From Felis catus (Eukaryota), in NCBI RefSeq assembly GCF_018350175.1, contig NC_058368.1, positions 45,634,001 to 45,698,000 on the forward strand: DNA of 64,000 bases. The letters are read 5' to 3'. Below the pieces are notes generated by a model. It made no database searches. It worked only from the letters and a program-made list of their open reading frames with translations, and was not told the origin of the DNA. The position numbers and the translations under genes were made by a program. The stretch's first letter is position 1, and each line of letters begins with the position of its first letter. Of this stretch, positions 38,328 to 51,450 are shown piece after piece.

Positions 38328-40323
38328 ACTAATCAAATTTCAGTTAACATTTCTATACTTAGATCTTACTCACATTTGTACTTCAGCTTCTCCAAAATTA
38401 AAATCTCAGTATCATCTGTCTTTATCTTCTACATTCTCTGTATTTTTAAATGAGTGTTCCATCCATCTGCTTGCTCAAACTCATTACCAACTAACTACTT
38501 TATTCTTTATTTTGTTCTCATATTTAAACCATTACCAAATTCTGTGACTTCTATCTCCAAATATATCTAATTTTTTTTTCATTTCTCATCTCTACTGATA
38601 CAACCCCACTCCAACTTGCATAGGTTCCTTTCTCTTCCACTACTGATCTTTTCATTTACATTTGCCTCTGCCCTCCATCCAGCACTGAGAGCATTTTCCT
38701 TCTTTTTAAATAAAAGTCAGATTATTTACTACCTTAAAAAGGCTCAGCAACTTTTAATTGCCTTCAGAATAAAACTCCTATTGCCTAGAAGACCCTGCAT
38801 GATCTGCCCCCTTTCTGTATTTCTATCTCATTTTTCACCATTAGCTCTCATGCTTTCTATCCTCCAGGCATATGAACTTTTATTCAGTGACCTGAAAATC
38901 AAACTCTTTCCTACCTTGGAGTCAGCATACAAGCCGTCCTGGTCTTCATTGTGTTTCTTCTAACCTTCTCACCTGATGAACCATTTTCAGAACTTAGAAC
39001 AACATCTTCCCAGGACATACTTCCTTTTGACTCCAAATAATCTTATGTCTCCACATTTTATGTTTTCTGAAAACTGTTAGCCTCTTTGTCCCAGTGATTT
39101 GACATTTACCTCTGTTGTTTGTAAAATATCTGTCTTTCCCACTAGAATATAAGCTTACTGATGGCATGAATCATACCTATCTTGTTTAATGATGTATTTC
39201 CAACACCTGGGATAGTACATGGCACATGGTAGAACTTCAATAATATTTTTATTCCTAAATAAGAGAGTGCTCACTATCTGACCTCTAGACACTACGGATT
39301 TAAGTGTAGTTTGGCTACAGGAAGAAGAATATGACAGCTTTGCTAATTTCAACATCTTGTGTTCCCATTCATTCTACCACTTATGAATACATTTGTTTTA
39401 TATACTTTACACTTTATGAACTTTCCAAACTGAAGCAGTATCTGGGACATAGTCAACTTTGGGTTAATAACAAAAATACTTTCCTCAGTCACAAGTTTCC
39501 AACCTAGGGAACAATGGTGAAACCTCCATGGATAATGGTGAGTTCCTCCCATTTCCCATGTGTGGATTATTCTCAGTGACTAGCTGGCCTTCTTAGGTGA
39601 AACTCAGTTTCTTATTGAACATTTGTTCTGAATATCATGTTATATTATAGATCAAATAGAATTTACTTTGCTAGCTTGGGCACATAAATCTTACTAATAG
39701 AACATTCTATAGCAATACATACTCCCAATTCAACAAAGAAAATTTTAAAAGTTGTTACAATGCAACTTTTCATGATTCCTGAAATCTAAATGTAAAGGGA
39801 TTTTCCCACAACCTCTTAGGCAGAAACAAAAACTTATTAAAAAGGTAATTTGCATTAAACTTTTATGTTCTTTCTCCATCACCGGAAACTAAACAAGCAT
39901 AGAGTAGCGTGTACCACCTAACAAAACAAAGAGTCAGAAATCTCTAAAACCTTCTAAGTCATCATGATATTATTTGCATGTCATCATTAAAGTAGCTATT
40001 AAAATATGCATAAGAACTCAGAGCATATTTCATTTGTGCATCTAATCTAAGAATATTTGGGAAAATACCCTTGATCTAAGTAAATTTTCCCTGAAACTAC
40101 AAAGGGAAGAAAATTAAGTTTTAAATAAAATTTTATCATATATATATTTTATATATTTTATATATTTTTACATTATATAATACACACACAAATATAGCAA
40201 TTTAAATTCTACAGGTGGAATATACAATATAATCATTAAAATAAGGAGTCTTAAAATAGAAGTGATACACTGGAAAAAAGTAATTGTACTACTATTAAAA
40301 TATTTTAAACAAAGAAGATCTTT

Positions 40324-40680
40324 CCAGAGATCTCAACTACAATTACACAATTGAATCCCTTTTGGCACTTTTATTTATTTATTTTTAATTTTTTTTAATG
40401 TTTATTCATTTTTTGAGAGAGAGAGACTGGGGGGGGAGGGGCAGAGAGAGAGGGAAACACAGAATCCAAAGCAAGCTCTAGGCTCTAGACAGCACAGAGC
40501 CCAACGTGGGGCTCGATTTCACAAACCATGAGATCACGACCTGAGCCAAAGCTGGACGCTTAACCAACTGAACCACCCAGTGGCCCCCTTTGGCACTTTT
40601 AAAAATGACAGCTGCCCTAGTAGATATACTAGACTAAAATGTTCTAGGGTGGATCCAGGCATATGTAATTTCTCATGTTA
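40324..40680. mobile_element. MER5A-like hAT DNA transposon remnant, split by a SINE
   Basis: TCTCAACT..ACACAATTGAATCCC..CTTTTAAAAATGAC...CTAGGGTGGATCCAGGCAT follows the MER5A layout once the SINE is removed. Confidence 0.5.
40373..40588 (-). mobile_element. Can-SINE
   Basis: Complete element; 12-bp TSD tttggcactttt. Confidence 0.96.
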
Positions 40681-41252
40681 ATTCCTCCACTTTTCACCAA
40701 TCTGCTTTTGTCAGGCTTTCTCACCTCTGTAAATGGACATAGAGCCACACTTTCAAACTGCAGTTCTAACTGTTTTCTGTGCTCTTACTGAGGCTAACTG
40801 GTTGGCTCTTCTTTCCAAGTTGCTTTTTGGTGATGGGCTATGTTTAATTGCCCTCAAGCTGTGTGCCATCTGGTGGTCCTCACCTCTCTCATTGTTCAAC
40901 CACTTGTATAACTTCCCTCCACTGGCTCAACTAAAGCTCAGCATTTCTTCAGTTGAGATGCAAAAGCATTTTTGACATTGGCCAGAATTGTCATTCTCTG
41001 ATCTTTCAGTAGATGCAATGAAAGTTGTTGCCTGAGATTTCCAAAGTCATATTTTAAGTTTTAAATTTTAAAGTTAAAGGGACTTTTGACTATATTCTAA
41101 ATTACATATGCTAAATGGAAATAGTGTGACAAGGATCATCCAACTATCTTGGCAAACTAGAAGGCACTTATACATCAGCTTTCTCTCTATTCTCATACGT
41201 TTCCATCTTTAGAACATAATTAGTGAAGAGTTGTTCTGTGTCTGTCTGTACG

Positions 41253-41423
41253 TAGAGTTGAACAGACATCTAGTTAAATCTGAATTTCAGATATACAACA
41301 CATATACATTTTAGTATACGTGTGTCCCAAATACTCATGGGACATAACTATTACCTGTTGTTTATCTGAAATGCAAATTTAACCAGTGTCCTATATTCGT
41401 ATTTGCTAAATCTGGTAATCCTA
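41253..41423 (-). mobile_element. MER53 palindromic MITE
   Basis: Inverted arms GTTAAATCTGAATTTCAGATATACAACA / TGTTGTTTATCTGAAATGCAAATTTAAC around TGTCCCA..TGGGACA; terminus TTTGCTAAATCTGGTAATCCTA. Confidence 0.88.
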
Positions 41424-42070
41424 TACCAAACTCTATTCCAAAGCAGTGCAAGAAAACACTGATAAACAAAACTAAACAATTCTAGAAGCTTTTTATGGTT
41501 AGCAAAATCAATGTGCATATCTATTTTGACTATAATGGTGATGCAATTCTCAGATGTGTCTCAGATGTGTGGATTAATGGGAGGCACACAGCTATGGTTG
41601 AAATTATTTTAATATGAGGGATTTGGAAGGTTCAAGCAGGGAAAGAATTTAAGCAAATGGTAATGAATTTCTGTTCTGGAGAGTCAAAACTGAACTAGTA
41701 GAAAATACACATAAGCCTTTAAAATATCTCTTCACCGATTACAGTAAATCTATGTCATGGCATATAAGATATTTTCCAAGTGATTGACAAAACATTTGAA
41801 AGTTTAAAACTAAGACTAAAACTCCCTATATTGGCAAAGTATTTTGTGAAACTATTCTTAAATACATGTAGGCTAAGACATCTAATAAAGTTTTTGCAAA
41901 ATTGTTTCCAATTCTAATTCTCCATTTTTCTTTTCAAGGACAATGATAGAAATAAAGGCACAGACTATTCTAGTCAATGATCTTCCAGTCCCATTTCAAG
42001 AGGTTTTAGAGAGGCATCATCATGCTTTCCCTCTTCTTACTGTATCATTTATATAAAAAAACCAAGGATT

Positions 42071-42287
42071 TCTTTTTAATATTTATTTTTGAGAGAGAGA
42101 GAGAATGTGAGCGAGCGAGCAGGGGCAGAGAGAAAGAGAGGGGGGGGGGCAGACACCGAATTTGAAGCAGGCTTTAGGCTCTGAGCTATCAACACAGAGC
42201 CTGATGCGGGGTTCAAACTCATGAATTATGAAATCATGACCTGAACCAAAGTCAGATGCTTAACTGACTGGGCCACCCAGGTGCCCC
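42071..42287 (-). mobile_element. Can-SINE
   Basis: Ends GGCCACCCAGGTGCCCC; TSD aaggattt. Confidence 0.96.
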
Positions 42288-43114
42288 AAGGATTTTTCTT
42301 TTTAATAATACATGTTAGCTAACAAAATATTGATTTACAGAGGGGAATCCTAAGGATATCAAGGCTTAGACAGTTAAAAAAATAATCATATGCAACAACA
42401 GAATTGCTTGTATATATACCAATAAAGCACTCAAAAATGGTATTGGTTTAAAAATACCTTTTCTTGTCCCAGCATAAAATCACAAGGGAGAGGAGGTTCA
42501 TTTTTTTTTTTTCCTGATGCTAAAACTCTAAAGCTTCAGGAAATTTCTTTATTACTTAGTACTGTATGTTCTAATCAAGCATAAAGAAGGAAAGTGACTA
42601 CTATCAAAGGACCCATAAAAAGAGTTTATGATGTTTCAGAATCAGACAACATAAAAAAGGACATATTCAAATTAGAAACACTATTATAAAGTGTGATTCT
42701 ATAAGGAATCTCCATAACAGTCTTAATAATGTGATTAAAGAGACAAAGTAATAGCAATATACACAAGTACTAATTAGAACATTGAAACTATTACGCCTCA
42801 TGTGGGAGACAAGTCATAAAATTCAAAGAATATTTGTAAGAAACACTATCAGACTGGCTTTTAAGTTTTTTAGTGCCTGAGGCAGATTTTGTGAACTTGT
42901 GGTATGAGTTGAAAATGTTTAAGGGATTTCAATTGGCCTAATAACGCATGCTTGTTTCACAATCTTATTATAATGTAAAAAATAATTTAGAAAGAAATAC
43001 TTTTTCTATACTAGGCTCAAATGGTACAGTTTATGCCAAGTCTAAAAATTGAACCAAATTCTATAATATTCCAGATAATAAAACTGCACTTAAAAAAAAA
43101 AAAAAAAAAAACCT

Positions 43115-43337
43115 GGGGCGCCTGGGTCGCGCAGTCGGTTAAGCGTCCGACTTCAGCCAGGTCACGATCTCGCGGTCCTTGAGTTCGAGCCCCGCGTCGG
43201 GCTCTGGGCTGATGGCTCAGAGCCTGGAGCCTGTTTCCGATTCTGTGTCTCCCTCTCTCTCTGCCCCTCCCCCGTTCATGCTCTGTCTCTCTCTGTCCCA
43301 AAAATAAATAAACGTTGAAAAAAAAATTAAAAAAAAA
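43115..43337 (+). mobile_element. Young SINEC_Fc-type SINE
   Basis: Near-consensus and CpG-rich; inserted next to an A-run. Confidence 0.98.
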
Positions 43338-44416
43338 CAAAACACCTAATCTATACCATTATTGTGGTGCCATAAGTTTTAGGTGACTAGAGGTGGTAAT
43401 AAATAGGAATAATTCTATAATTAGAACAAGATTATCAGTTCAATATTTATTGTATTATCAACTATTTTAACTTGAAAGTTGTATGACATTATTTACATAC
43501 AGCCCATAAAAGTAAATTGCAGTTGAAATTATTATTTAAGAAATTCAGAGCAAAGAGCAATAAAAATAGGAAACCAGGATTACTATGTAGTCTCACCCAT
43601 TTCCTAATATGGGGCCATAACCTAGGCTATCTACTATTTAGCAGTTAGGGTAATGAAAAGTATGGTCAATGAAATCAGTTTCACAATTGATTTTTGGTTG
43701 ATATGCTGAGAAAATAAGATACTTCATCAAGTAAACTTTTTCTTTTTAATACACGTTATACTCTTCTCTAGGAAGTTCAAATTTCATAGTGAAGATTGGA
43801 AAAACCCTAGAGAAAAAGTGACATATTAACTCTACTTCTTGGTTAAGCTGACGTACTTATCAGTGAAAGGGATTTTTGAATCCTAGAAAGAGACTTTTTA
43901 ACCCTAAAACACCTAAGAAACATAACAAGGACAGACAGACTTTCCTCAAAAAGGAATTTGGAAAGCCTGAATTAAATTATTCACACTTTCCCAACGGAGA
44001 AACAAATTAGCTACTCACAAAGGGACAAAACATCTTCAGTGAAAATCAGAATTTATCTCGTATGTTTATGTAAAGATAAAATAATATATTTAACAATATT
44101 CTTAACAGTATTTGTAATTATAGCAAAGAGCTTCAGAATTCTTTTAAGAAGAGCTTTTAAAATAGGTCGATATTATAAAGGCTCAGTACAATTAATCAAA
44201 AACAATATTAAGAGAAGCAAAATAATGAAGGTTAGTTTGTAAGGCTTCTGTTAGTCTTGAACATAGTGAGAAAACTATATAGCACACACTGATTTACAGA
44301 GTGAATTGAATGCCCATCAGGATGACCTCTATATACTTTGTTTTTCTAAAACAGAGATAAATGAAAATGATCTCTGCCGTCATCAACTAGTTCACATGGC
44401 TAGTTAACAACAGAGA

Positions 44417-44673
44417 TCAACATCACTCATCATCAGGGAAACACAAATCAAAACTATGATGAGATATCACCTCACACTTGTCAGAATGGCTAAACTCAAC
44501 AACAAAAGAAATAACATGTGTTGGTTAGGATGTGGGGATCTACATTCTTGGTGGGAATGCAAACTGGTTCAGCCATTCTGGAAAACAGTATGGAGGTTTC
44601 TAGAAAAGTTAAAAATAGAACTATCCTATGATCCAGCAATTGCACTGCTAGGGATTTGCCCAAAGAATACAAA
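44417..44673 (+). mobile_element. L1 ORF2 C-terminal internal fragment
   Basis: Translates [11 protein letters not shown]...CW.GCG...[36 protein letters not shown] (L1 ORF2p Cys-rich region). Confidence 0.93.
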
Positions 44674-45454
44674 GCTGTATGTTTTAAAGTCAATTCATCT
44701 GGAGATAGAGCTAAAGACTAAATGGAAATTGAGATGTCTGATAAAAATATTTTCCCCAAAAGACAGACCGTATATTTGCATTCAGGTTTCATGACTTACT
44801 AAACATCTCTCATCTGTAGACTGAGAATATCAGCACTACCAATCATTGAGAACTGTTGTGATTTCATGGTATTTATATCAGTGTCTAGAAGGCAGTGAAT
44901 GCTAAAGGTTTCTGTAGTGACAATGATGATGATGAAGGTGGTGGTGTCAATGGGGATAAAATAACCTGGAATGCAGAAAAGATTTGAAACAAAAATAATA
45001 TTCTGAAATCTATTGTCAATTGCATACAAAAACAGAAAATATTGCTCATAGACATGTGGTTGAATGGTCGGCCATGGTATGGTGGTGACCTTGTACGTTT
45101 CCATATAAGTGAAACAGGTGAAGGTTATCTGCAGTCTCACCCAAGACTTACTTGGCAGGTGACCTCTGATTCTCCAGGAACGTGTCAAGAGAGGCAGTCT
45201 TCCAAGAGGCGACCACATCTTCCATCTACCTCTCTATTTTGTGGGAGGCAGTTTCTCATCTACCTTTCTAGAGCTAGTGAGACATGGAAATTTCAGTCTC
45301 CCCTCCCTTATAAAACTACTTGTCTGGAATTGGCTTCCGGATGGCAGAACAGACCACTGGCTCATTATGCCAACTATCTAGTCCCTCTGGTTCTTTGACA
45401 CAGATGACAGACACCATGCTGAGCTTGTCTGTGTTAAGTAATTAACTAATGGGC

Positions 45455-45590
45455 TTGTATGGTGGCAGATGGCAGCTACACTTGTGGTGAGCATAGCGTA
45501 GCTTTACACAGAGAAGTTGAATCACTCTGTTGTGCACCTAAAACTAATGTAACACTGTGCATCAAATATACTCAAAACTAAAAATAAAAA
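45455..45590 (+). mobile_element. L1 3' end fragment (L1MA9/L1_Carn-like)
   Basis: TGTATGGTGGCAGATGGCAGCTACACTTGTGGTGAGCAT...GAATCACTCTGTTGTGCACCTAAAACTAATGTAACACTG plus A tail. Confidence 0.85.
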
Positions 45591-46811
45591 GCATGAACAA
45601 AACCATTTGGGTATGTTGTCAGCTTATAGGCTATATATATGGAATGCTAGAAAATTTTATAGCAGGTACAGTAGTCACTGTTGTTTAGGGACTACTGGAT
45701 CTTTTGATGTTACCTCAACTTGAGACGGCTATCTAACCAGATGAAAATTTTCTAGTGAATTGAATAAAATGTAAACTTGTGGTCTGAATAAATGATACCT
45801 CATCGATTTTTAACTACCAGAACAAAAACTAACATCATCATGTTGATGGAACGATAGAATAGTTGACAGAGTAGAATAGTGACAATAATATAGTTCAACA
45901 TATTCCAGAATGTACACAGCAGTTTTATTGGAAAGCGACTGAAGAGATCAGTTACTAAAATAACTTCATAATTATGAAAAGACAAAAATAATTAAATGCT
46001 ATAACACATTACTAAGTTTGGGATTCATTGAAGCATTTAAACACAATTATTAAACTCTTGGACTTCATTAAAAATGGACAGATCTATACCATATGTCCTT
46101 ATTTATCATTCACTTCATCACATACTCTGATCTTCCATCAGAAGAAGCATATGCCACAGAAAGCAGAAAAGGATCAAACTAGGATTTTCAAACAGTCTTT
46201 ACTTAAATTATAACTTTGGTGTACTGCCAAATAACCATCTGCCTTATATACTAATTAGACCTGTACCACTTAAAAGATATCACTTAAAACAAGTATTTAC
46301 AGCTTGAAATTTCAAGATATAGTTTCTAATTTAAGGAAATATGTTATCATACTAATAAAGTTATTTTAAATCTTCACTATAGAAAATGTTAGGATAGAAA
46401 ATGAATTGAGATGTAAAAAATAGTTTGTATTAAGTATAGATTTACTCATCAAGAAGGAACAAGTATGAACTAAGAAATAATATATCAGAGAGTAGGGATT
46501 TATGTGAAAAACCTTCGACTACAAAGAGATTCAGTTATTTCCAATCCACTGTGAGTGCATAAGGGTTTATTATTAGAAATATATATTGTGGGAAAATCTG
46601 AGAGAAGTATTATCATCTAAATGTAGAGCTATTTAGATTATCTATTTCTTCATGAATGAGCTTTGGTAGTACAGGTCTCTCAAGGCATATAAAATGTCAA
46701 AGTTATTGGTATAAGCTTGAAATATCTCATTTTTAAAATATTCATAGGATTTGTATTGGCATCTCTCTCCTTTTTCTCTTTTTGTGTGTATTCATCCATC
46801 TGGCCACAGGT

Positions 46812-46997
46812 TTATTTGGGTTTTAATTTTGTTTTTGTTTGTTTTCATGTCTATTTCTTCTTTAGAAAGAGAAAGAGATACAGAGCATGAGCAGGAGAGG
46901 GATAGAGAGAGAGGGAGACACAGAATCCGAAGCAGGCTCCAGGCTCTGACCTGAGCTGAAGTCGGACACCCAACCGACTGAGCCACCCAGGCGCCCC
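46812..46997 (-). mobile_element. Can-SINE with internal deletion
   Basis: CCAGGCTCTGA joined to CCTGAGCTGAAGTCGG; B-box region missing. Confidence 0.93.
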
Positions 46998-47997
46998 AGT
47001 TTTTTTTTTTTTTTTTTTGGAAAACCAGTTTTGGTATCATTGATTTTTCTCTATTGTTTATTTTCTATTTTCTTGATTTCTGTTCAATTTATTTCATTCT
47101 ATTACATGGGATTTTATATGCTTTTCTGTTTGTTCTAGTTTCCTGAAGTAGATGCTTAGGCCACTAAATTTAATACTTATTTTATAATGTTATCACTTAA
47201 ATCTGTTAAGTTTCTCTTTAGTCAATCACCTCTCACTTGACATATTTTGAACCAGTTATCAGGTGAATCCATATTTAGGAACCACTATGTCTCTTGATAA
47301 ATTGACCATTTTATCCCTAATTAATATTTCTTAACTAAAGTCTACTTTGCCTTACATTAATATAGCCACTCAAAATGTGGGTTACAATTTTCATAGAAGT
47401 CTTCCATTCTTCTACTTTTCCTAAACTTCTTTATATTTAAATGGGTTTCTCGTAAACAGTATATTACTTCTTATATATCTATCCAATCTGATAGTTGGTG
47501 CCTTATAATTGGGGTATTACCAAATATACTTTTATTAGAATTGCGGATACAGTTTTGTCTTAATATACCATCATGTCCTTTGTTTTCTATTTGCCCCATT
47601 TTTGTTTCCTTTCTCTTCTTTTTCTACTTTCTGGAAGCTTAATTGAGCATTAGTTTCATGTGCTATATACTTTGCTATATATTTTTAGTGGTTATTCTAT
47701 GCCTTGTGAAATAAATCTTTAATTTACCATAGTGTATCTTAAAATAATGATATATCATCTGTTTTCTAAGAACTTTAAAACAGTACACTGAATTTTTCTC
47801 TTCTCACCATCTTGTGGTTTTGCTGCCATATGTATCCCTTTTACATGTCAATTATTTTTAAAAGATTTTAAAATAAAAAATGTATTTTACATTTAACACA
47901 CATTTACTATTCCTGACACTTTATTCTTTTGCTTATATTAAAATTTCCATCTGTCATCATTTTCCTTTTTTCTGAAGAAGTTAAATTTCCCATACCT

Positions 47998-49619
47998 GTC
48001 AGAGCAATCAGACAGCAAAAAGAAATAAAAGACATCCAAATTGGTAGGAAAAAGTAAGACTTCCACCATTTGCAGTTTACATGACACTATATAGAGAAAA
48101 GATGAAGACTCCACAAAAAAAAAGAAAAACTATTAGAACTGATAAATAAATTCAGTAAAGTGCAGGATTCTAAACCAATGTGCAGAAATCGGTTGTCTTT
48201 CTGTATATTGATAATGAAGCAGCAGAAGAAGAAATTAAGAAAACAATCCCTTTACAACTGCACCAAAATATACCTAGGAATAAACGTCAACAAGGAGGTA
48301 AAAGACTTGTACTATTATAAAACATTGCTGAAAGACATTGAGGATGACACGAACAGAATGACATCCCATGCTAGTGGATTTGAAGAATACTGTTAAAATG
48401 TCTATACTAAACAAAGCAATTGACACATTTAATGAAATTCCTATCAAAACATCAACAGCATTTTTCACATAAATAGAACAAACAATCCTAAAATTTGTAT
48501 GGAACCACAATAGCCAAAGCATCTTTGAAAAAGCAAAGCAAAGCTGGAAGTATCACCAGTCCAGATTTCAAGTTATATTACAAGACTGTAGTAATCAAAA
48601 CAGTATGGTACTGGTATAAAAATAGACACATAGATCAATAGAACAAAACAGAAAACCCAGACATAAGCCCACTATTAAATGATCAATTAATCTTTGACAA
48701 AGGAAGCAAGAATATGCAATGGGGAAAAATCTCCTGAAAAAATAGTGTTGGAAAAACTAGACAGCTACATGCAAAAGTGTGAAACTGGACCACTTTCTTA
48801 AACCATAAACAAAAATAAATTCAAAATGGATTAAAGACCTAATGTGATACCTGAAACCATAAAAATCCTAGAAGAGAGCAGAGGCAATAATGTCTCTGAC
48901 ATTAGCTGTAGCAACATTTTTCTAGATATTTTTCCTGAGGCAAAGAAAATATAATATACAAAGATAAACTATTCTGATATCAAAATAAAAAAAATAACAC
49001 TTCTGCACAGTGGAGGAAAGGATGAACGAAACTAAAAGACAAGCTACTGAATGGGAGAAGGTATTTGCAAATGACGTATCTGATAAAGGATCATTATCCA
49101 AAATATATAAAAAAACTTCTACAATGCAACACTCAAAAACAAAATGATCCAAGTAAAATGGGCAGAAGATATGAAAAGATTTCTCCAAAGAAGATATACA
49201 GATGGTCAACAGACACATAAAAACATGCTCAAAATCACTCATCACCAGGAAAGTGCAAATCAAAACCATAATGAGATATCACCTCCCACCTGTCAGAATG
49301 GCTAAAATCAACAACACAAGAAACAAGTGTTGGTGAGGATGTGGAGAAAAAAGAACACTCCTGCACTGTTGGTGGGAATGCAAACTGGTGCTTCTACTGT
49401 AGAAAACAGTATGGAGGTTCCTCAAACCTTAAAAATGGAACTATCTTACAATCCAGTAATTGTACTACTGGGTATTTACACAAAAAATACAAAACACCAA
49501 TTCAAAGGGTTACATGGCACCGTTACATTTATTGCAGCATTATTTACAATAGGTAAACTATGGAAACAGCCCAAGTGTCCACTGATAGGCAAAGGATAAA
49601 GAAGAAGTGGTGCGTGTGC

Positions 49620-49650
<31 letters not shown>

Positions 49651-50028
49651 GGAATATTATTCAGGCATAAAAAGGGAATGACATCTTGTTATTTGCAATG
49701 ATGTGGATGGAACTAGGGAGTATAATATTAATTCAGTCAGTCACAGAAAGACAAATACCATATGATTTCACTCATATGTGGAATTTAAGAAATAAAACAA
49801 ATGAGGAAAGGAAAAGAGAGACCAAAAAACCAGACTCTTAACTATAGAGAACAAACTGATGGTTACCAGAGGTGGGTGGAGAAATGCCTGAAATAGGTGA
49901 TGGGTATTAAGGAATATACTTATCATGATGAATACTGAGTAATGTATACAAGTGTTGAATCACTATGTTTTACACCTAAAACTAATATAACACTGTATGT
50001 TAACTATAATGGATTAAAATTAAAAAAA
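47998..50028 (+). mobile_element. 5'-truncated carnivore L1 (~2 kb, ORF2 3' half plus 3'UTR)
   Basis: Collinear with 16245-18160; same 3' end GTTAACTATA..GGA.TTAAAA. Confidence 0.95.
49624..49650. repeat. (CA)n microsatellite inside L1
   Basis: Seen directly. Confidence 0.95.
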
Positions 50029-50037
50029 GTATTTCCT

Positions 50038-50260
50038 GGGGCGCCTGGGTGGCGCAGTCGGTTAAGTGTCCGACTTCAGCCAGGTCACGATCTCACGGTC
50101 CGGGAGTTCGAGCCCGGGGTCAGGCTCTGGGCTGATGGCTCAGAGCCTGGAGCCTGTTTCCGATTCTGTGTCTCCCTCTCTCTCTGCCCCTCCCCCGTTC
50201 ATGCTCTGTCTCTCTCTGTCCCAAAAATAAATAAACGTTGAAAAAAAATTAAAAAAAAAA
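50038..50260 (+). mobile_element. Young SINEC_Fc-type SINE at the L1 tail
   Basis: Perfect TSD aaaaaaagtatttcct. Confidence 0.98.
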
Positions 50261-50825
50261 AGTATTTCCTAAAGTATAGATCTGTTTAGTGATGAATTTT
50301 CTGTGCTCTTGCTTGTCTGGAAAGGTTTTCATTTCACCTCATTTGTGGAAGATAGTTTCAGTGAAGATTTACTTTGTCAGGCTTTTGTTTTGTTTTTCAC
50401 TGTTGTAAAAAGGTCTTTGTATATATAAAGGCATCTGATAACATATCTACTGTTTTTTTTTTTTTTTTTCCTGTTTCTCTGTGTGTGGTGTTTCCTTTTG
50501 CTTTGGTTCTTTTAAAATCTATCTAACTATCACTGTGTTGTTAGCAGTTTGCAGTGTGCTTTGTCACATTTTTAATCGTGTGGTCCCTCTGTTTCAGATT
50601 GTGGAGCTTCTTGGATTTCTGAATTTATAATTTGAAATAAAATTCATCATGTTTGACTGCTATTTCTTCAAATATTTCTTCTTTTTTTTCTTGGGACTTC
50701 CTTTGCAACATTTAGTATTTCCCCTAAGGTAATTAATGTTCTTTTATGTTTCTTTTTACCTCAGTTTAGATAGTTTCTATTGCAATGTCGATTATTTCAT
50801 TAGTCTTTTTTAAAATTGTGATTAA

Positions 50826-51210
50826 TTTGCTGTGAAGAATCCCAAAACCTAGTAGCATAAAAAATGATAATCATTTATAGTTATTTGTTATCAGAATTCT
50901 GCGGGCTAAATGGACTCTGGTAGGTAGTCCTTATTTAGACTTTCTCTACGCATTTGTGATAAGACAGCACAGCAGCTAGAGCCTGAGTTATCTCGAAGGC
51001 TTCCTCACTCATATCTGGCATTTGATTCGGGGAGTGATTGGAGAGCTCAGCAGGGTTCTTACCTGAACCCCGACAAACATCACCTGGACTTCCTCACTGC
51101 ATGGTGGCTGCACTTAAGAGTGAACATCCCAAGATGGCTAAGCGAAGAAGTGATGCCTTTTCTATCCTAGACTGGGAATTCATGCAGCATTATTTTGACT
51201 ACTCCTTAAT
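50826..51210 (-). mobile_element. Old MaLR LTR (MLT1F/G/H-like)
   Basis: CCCAAAACCTAGTAGCATAAAA...GAAGGCTTCCTCACTCATATCTGGCA...GGACTTCCTCACTGCATGGTGGCTG. Confidence 0.75.
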
Positions 51211-51223
51211 AAGAAAAATAATT

Positions 51224-51450
51224 GGGGCGCCTGGGTGGCGCAGTCGGTTAAGCGTCCGACTTCAGCCAGGTCACGATCTCGCGGTCCGTGAGTTTGAGCC
51301 CCACATCGGGCTCTGGGCTGATGGCTCAGAGCCTGGAGCCTGTTTCCGATTCTGTGTCTCCCTCTCTCTCTGCCCCTTCCCCGTTCATGCTCTGTCTCTC
51401 TCTGTCCCAAAAATAAATAAAAAACGTTGAAAAAAAATTTAAAAAAAAAA
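51224..51450 (+). mobile_element. Young SINEC_Fc-type SINE
   Basis: 13-bp TSD aagaaaaataatt. Confidence 0.98.

Larger units (their letters stand above)
37400..39262 (+). mobile_element. Long L2 LINE remnant (3' part)
   Basis: CT-rich L2 body; 3' end TCTGTCTTTCCCACTAGAATATAAGCTT...GGCACATGGTAGAACTTCAATAATATTT. Confidence 0.8.
47020..50825 (-). mobile_element. Ancient L1M remnant interrupted by a younger L1 and a SINE
   Basis: T-rich antisense L1 pieces; ...TTTCCTTTTTTCTGAAGAAG (47980) continues as TATTTCCT..GATCTGTTTAGTGATGAATTTTCT (50263+). Confidence 0.65.
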
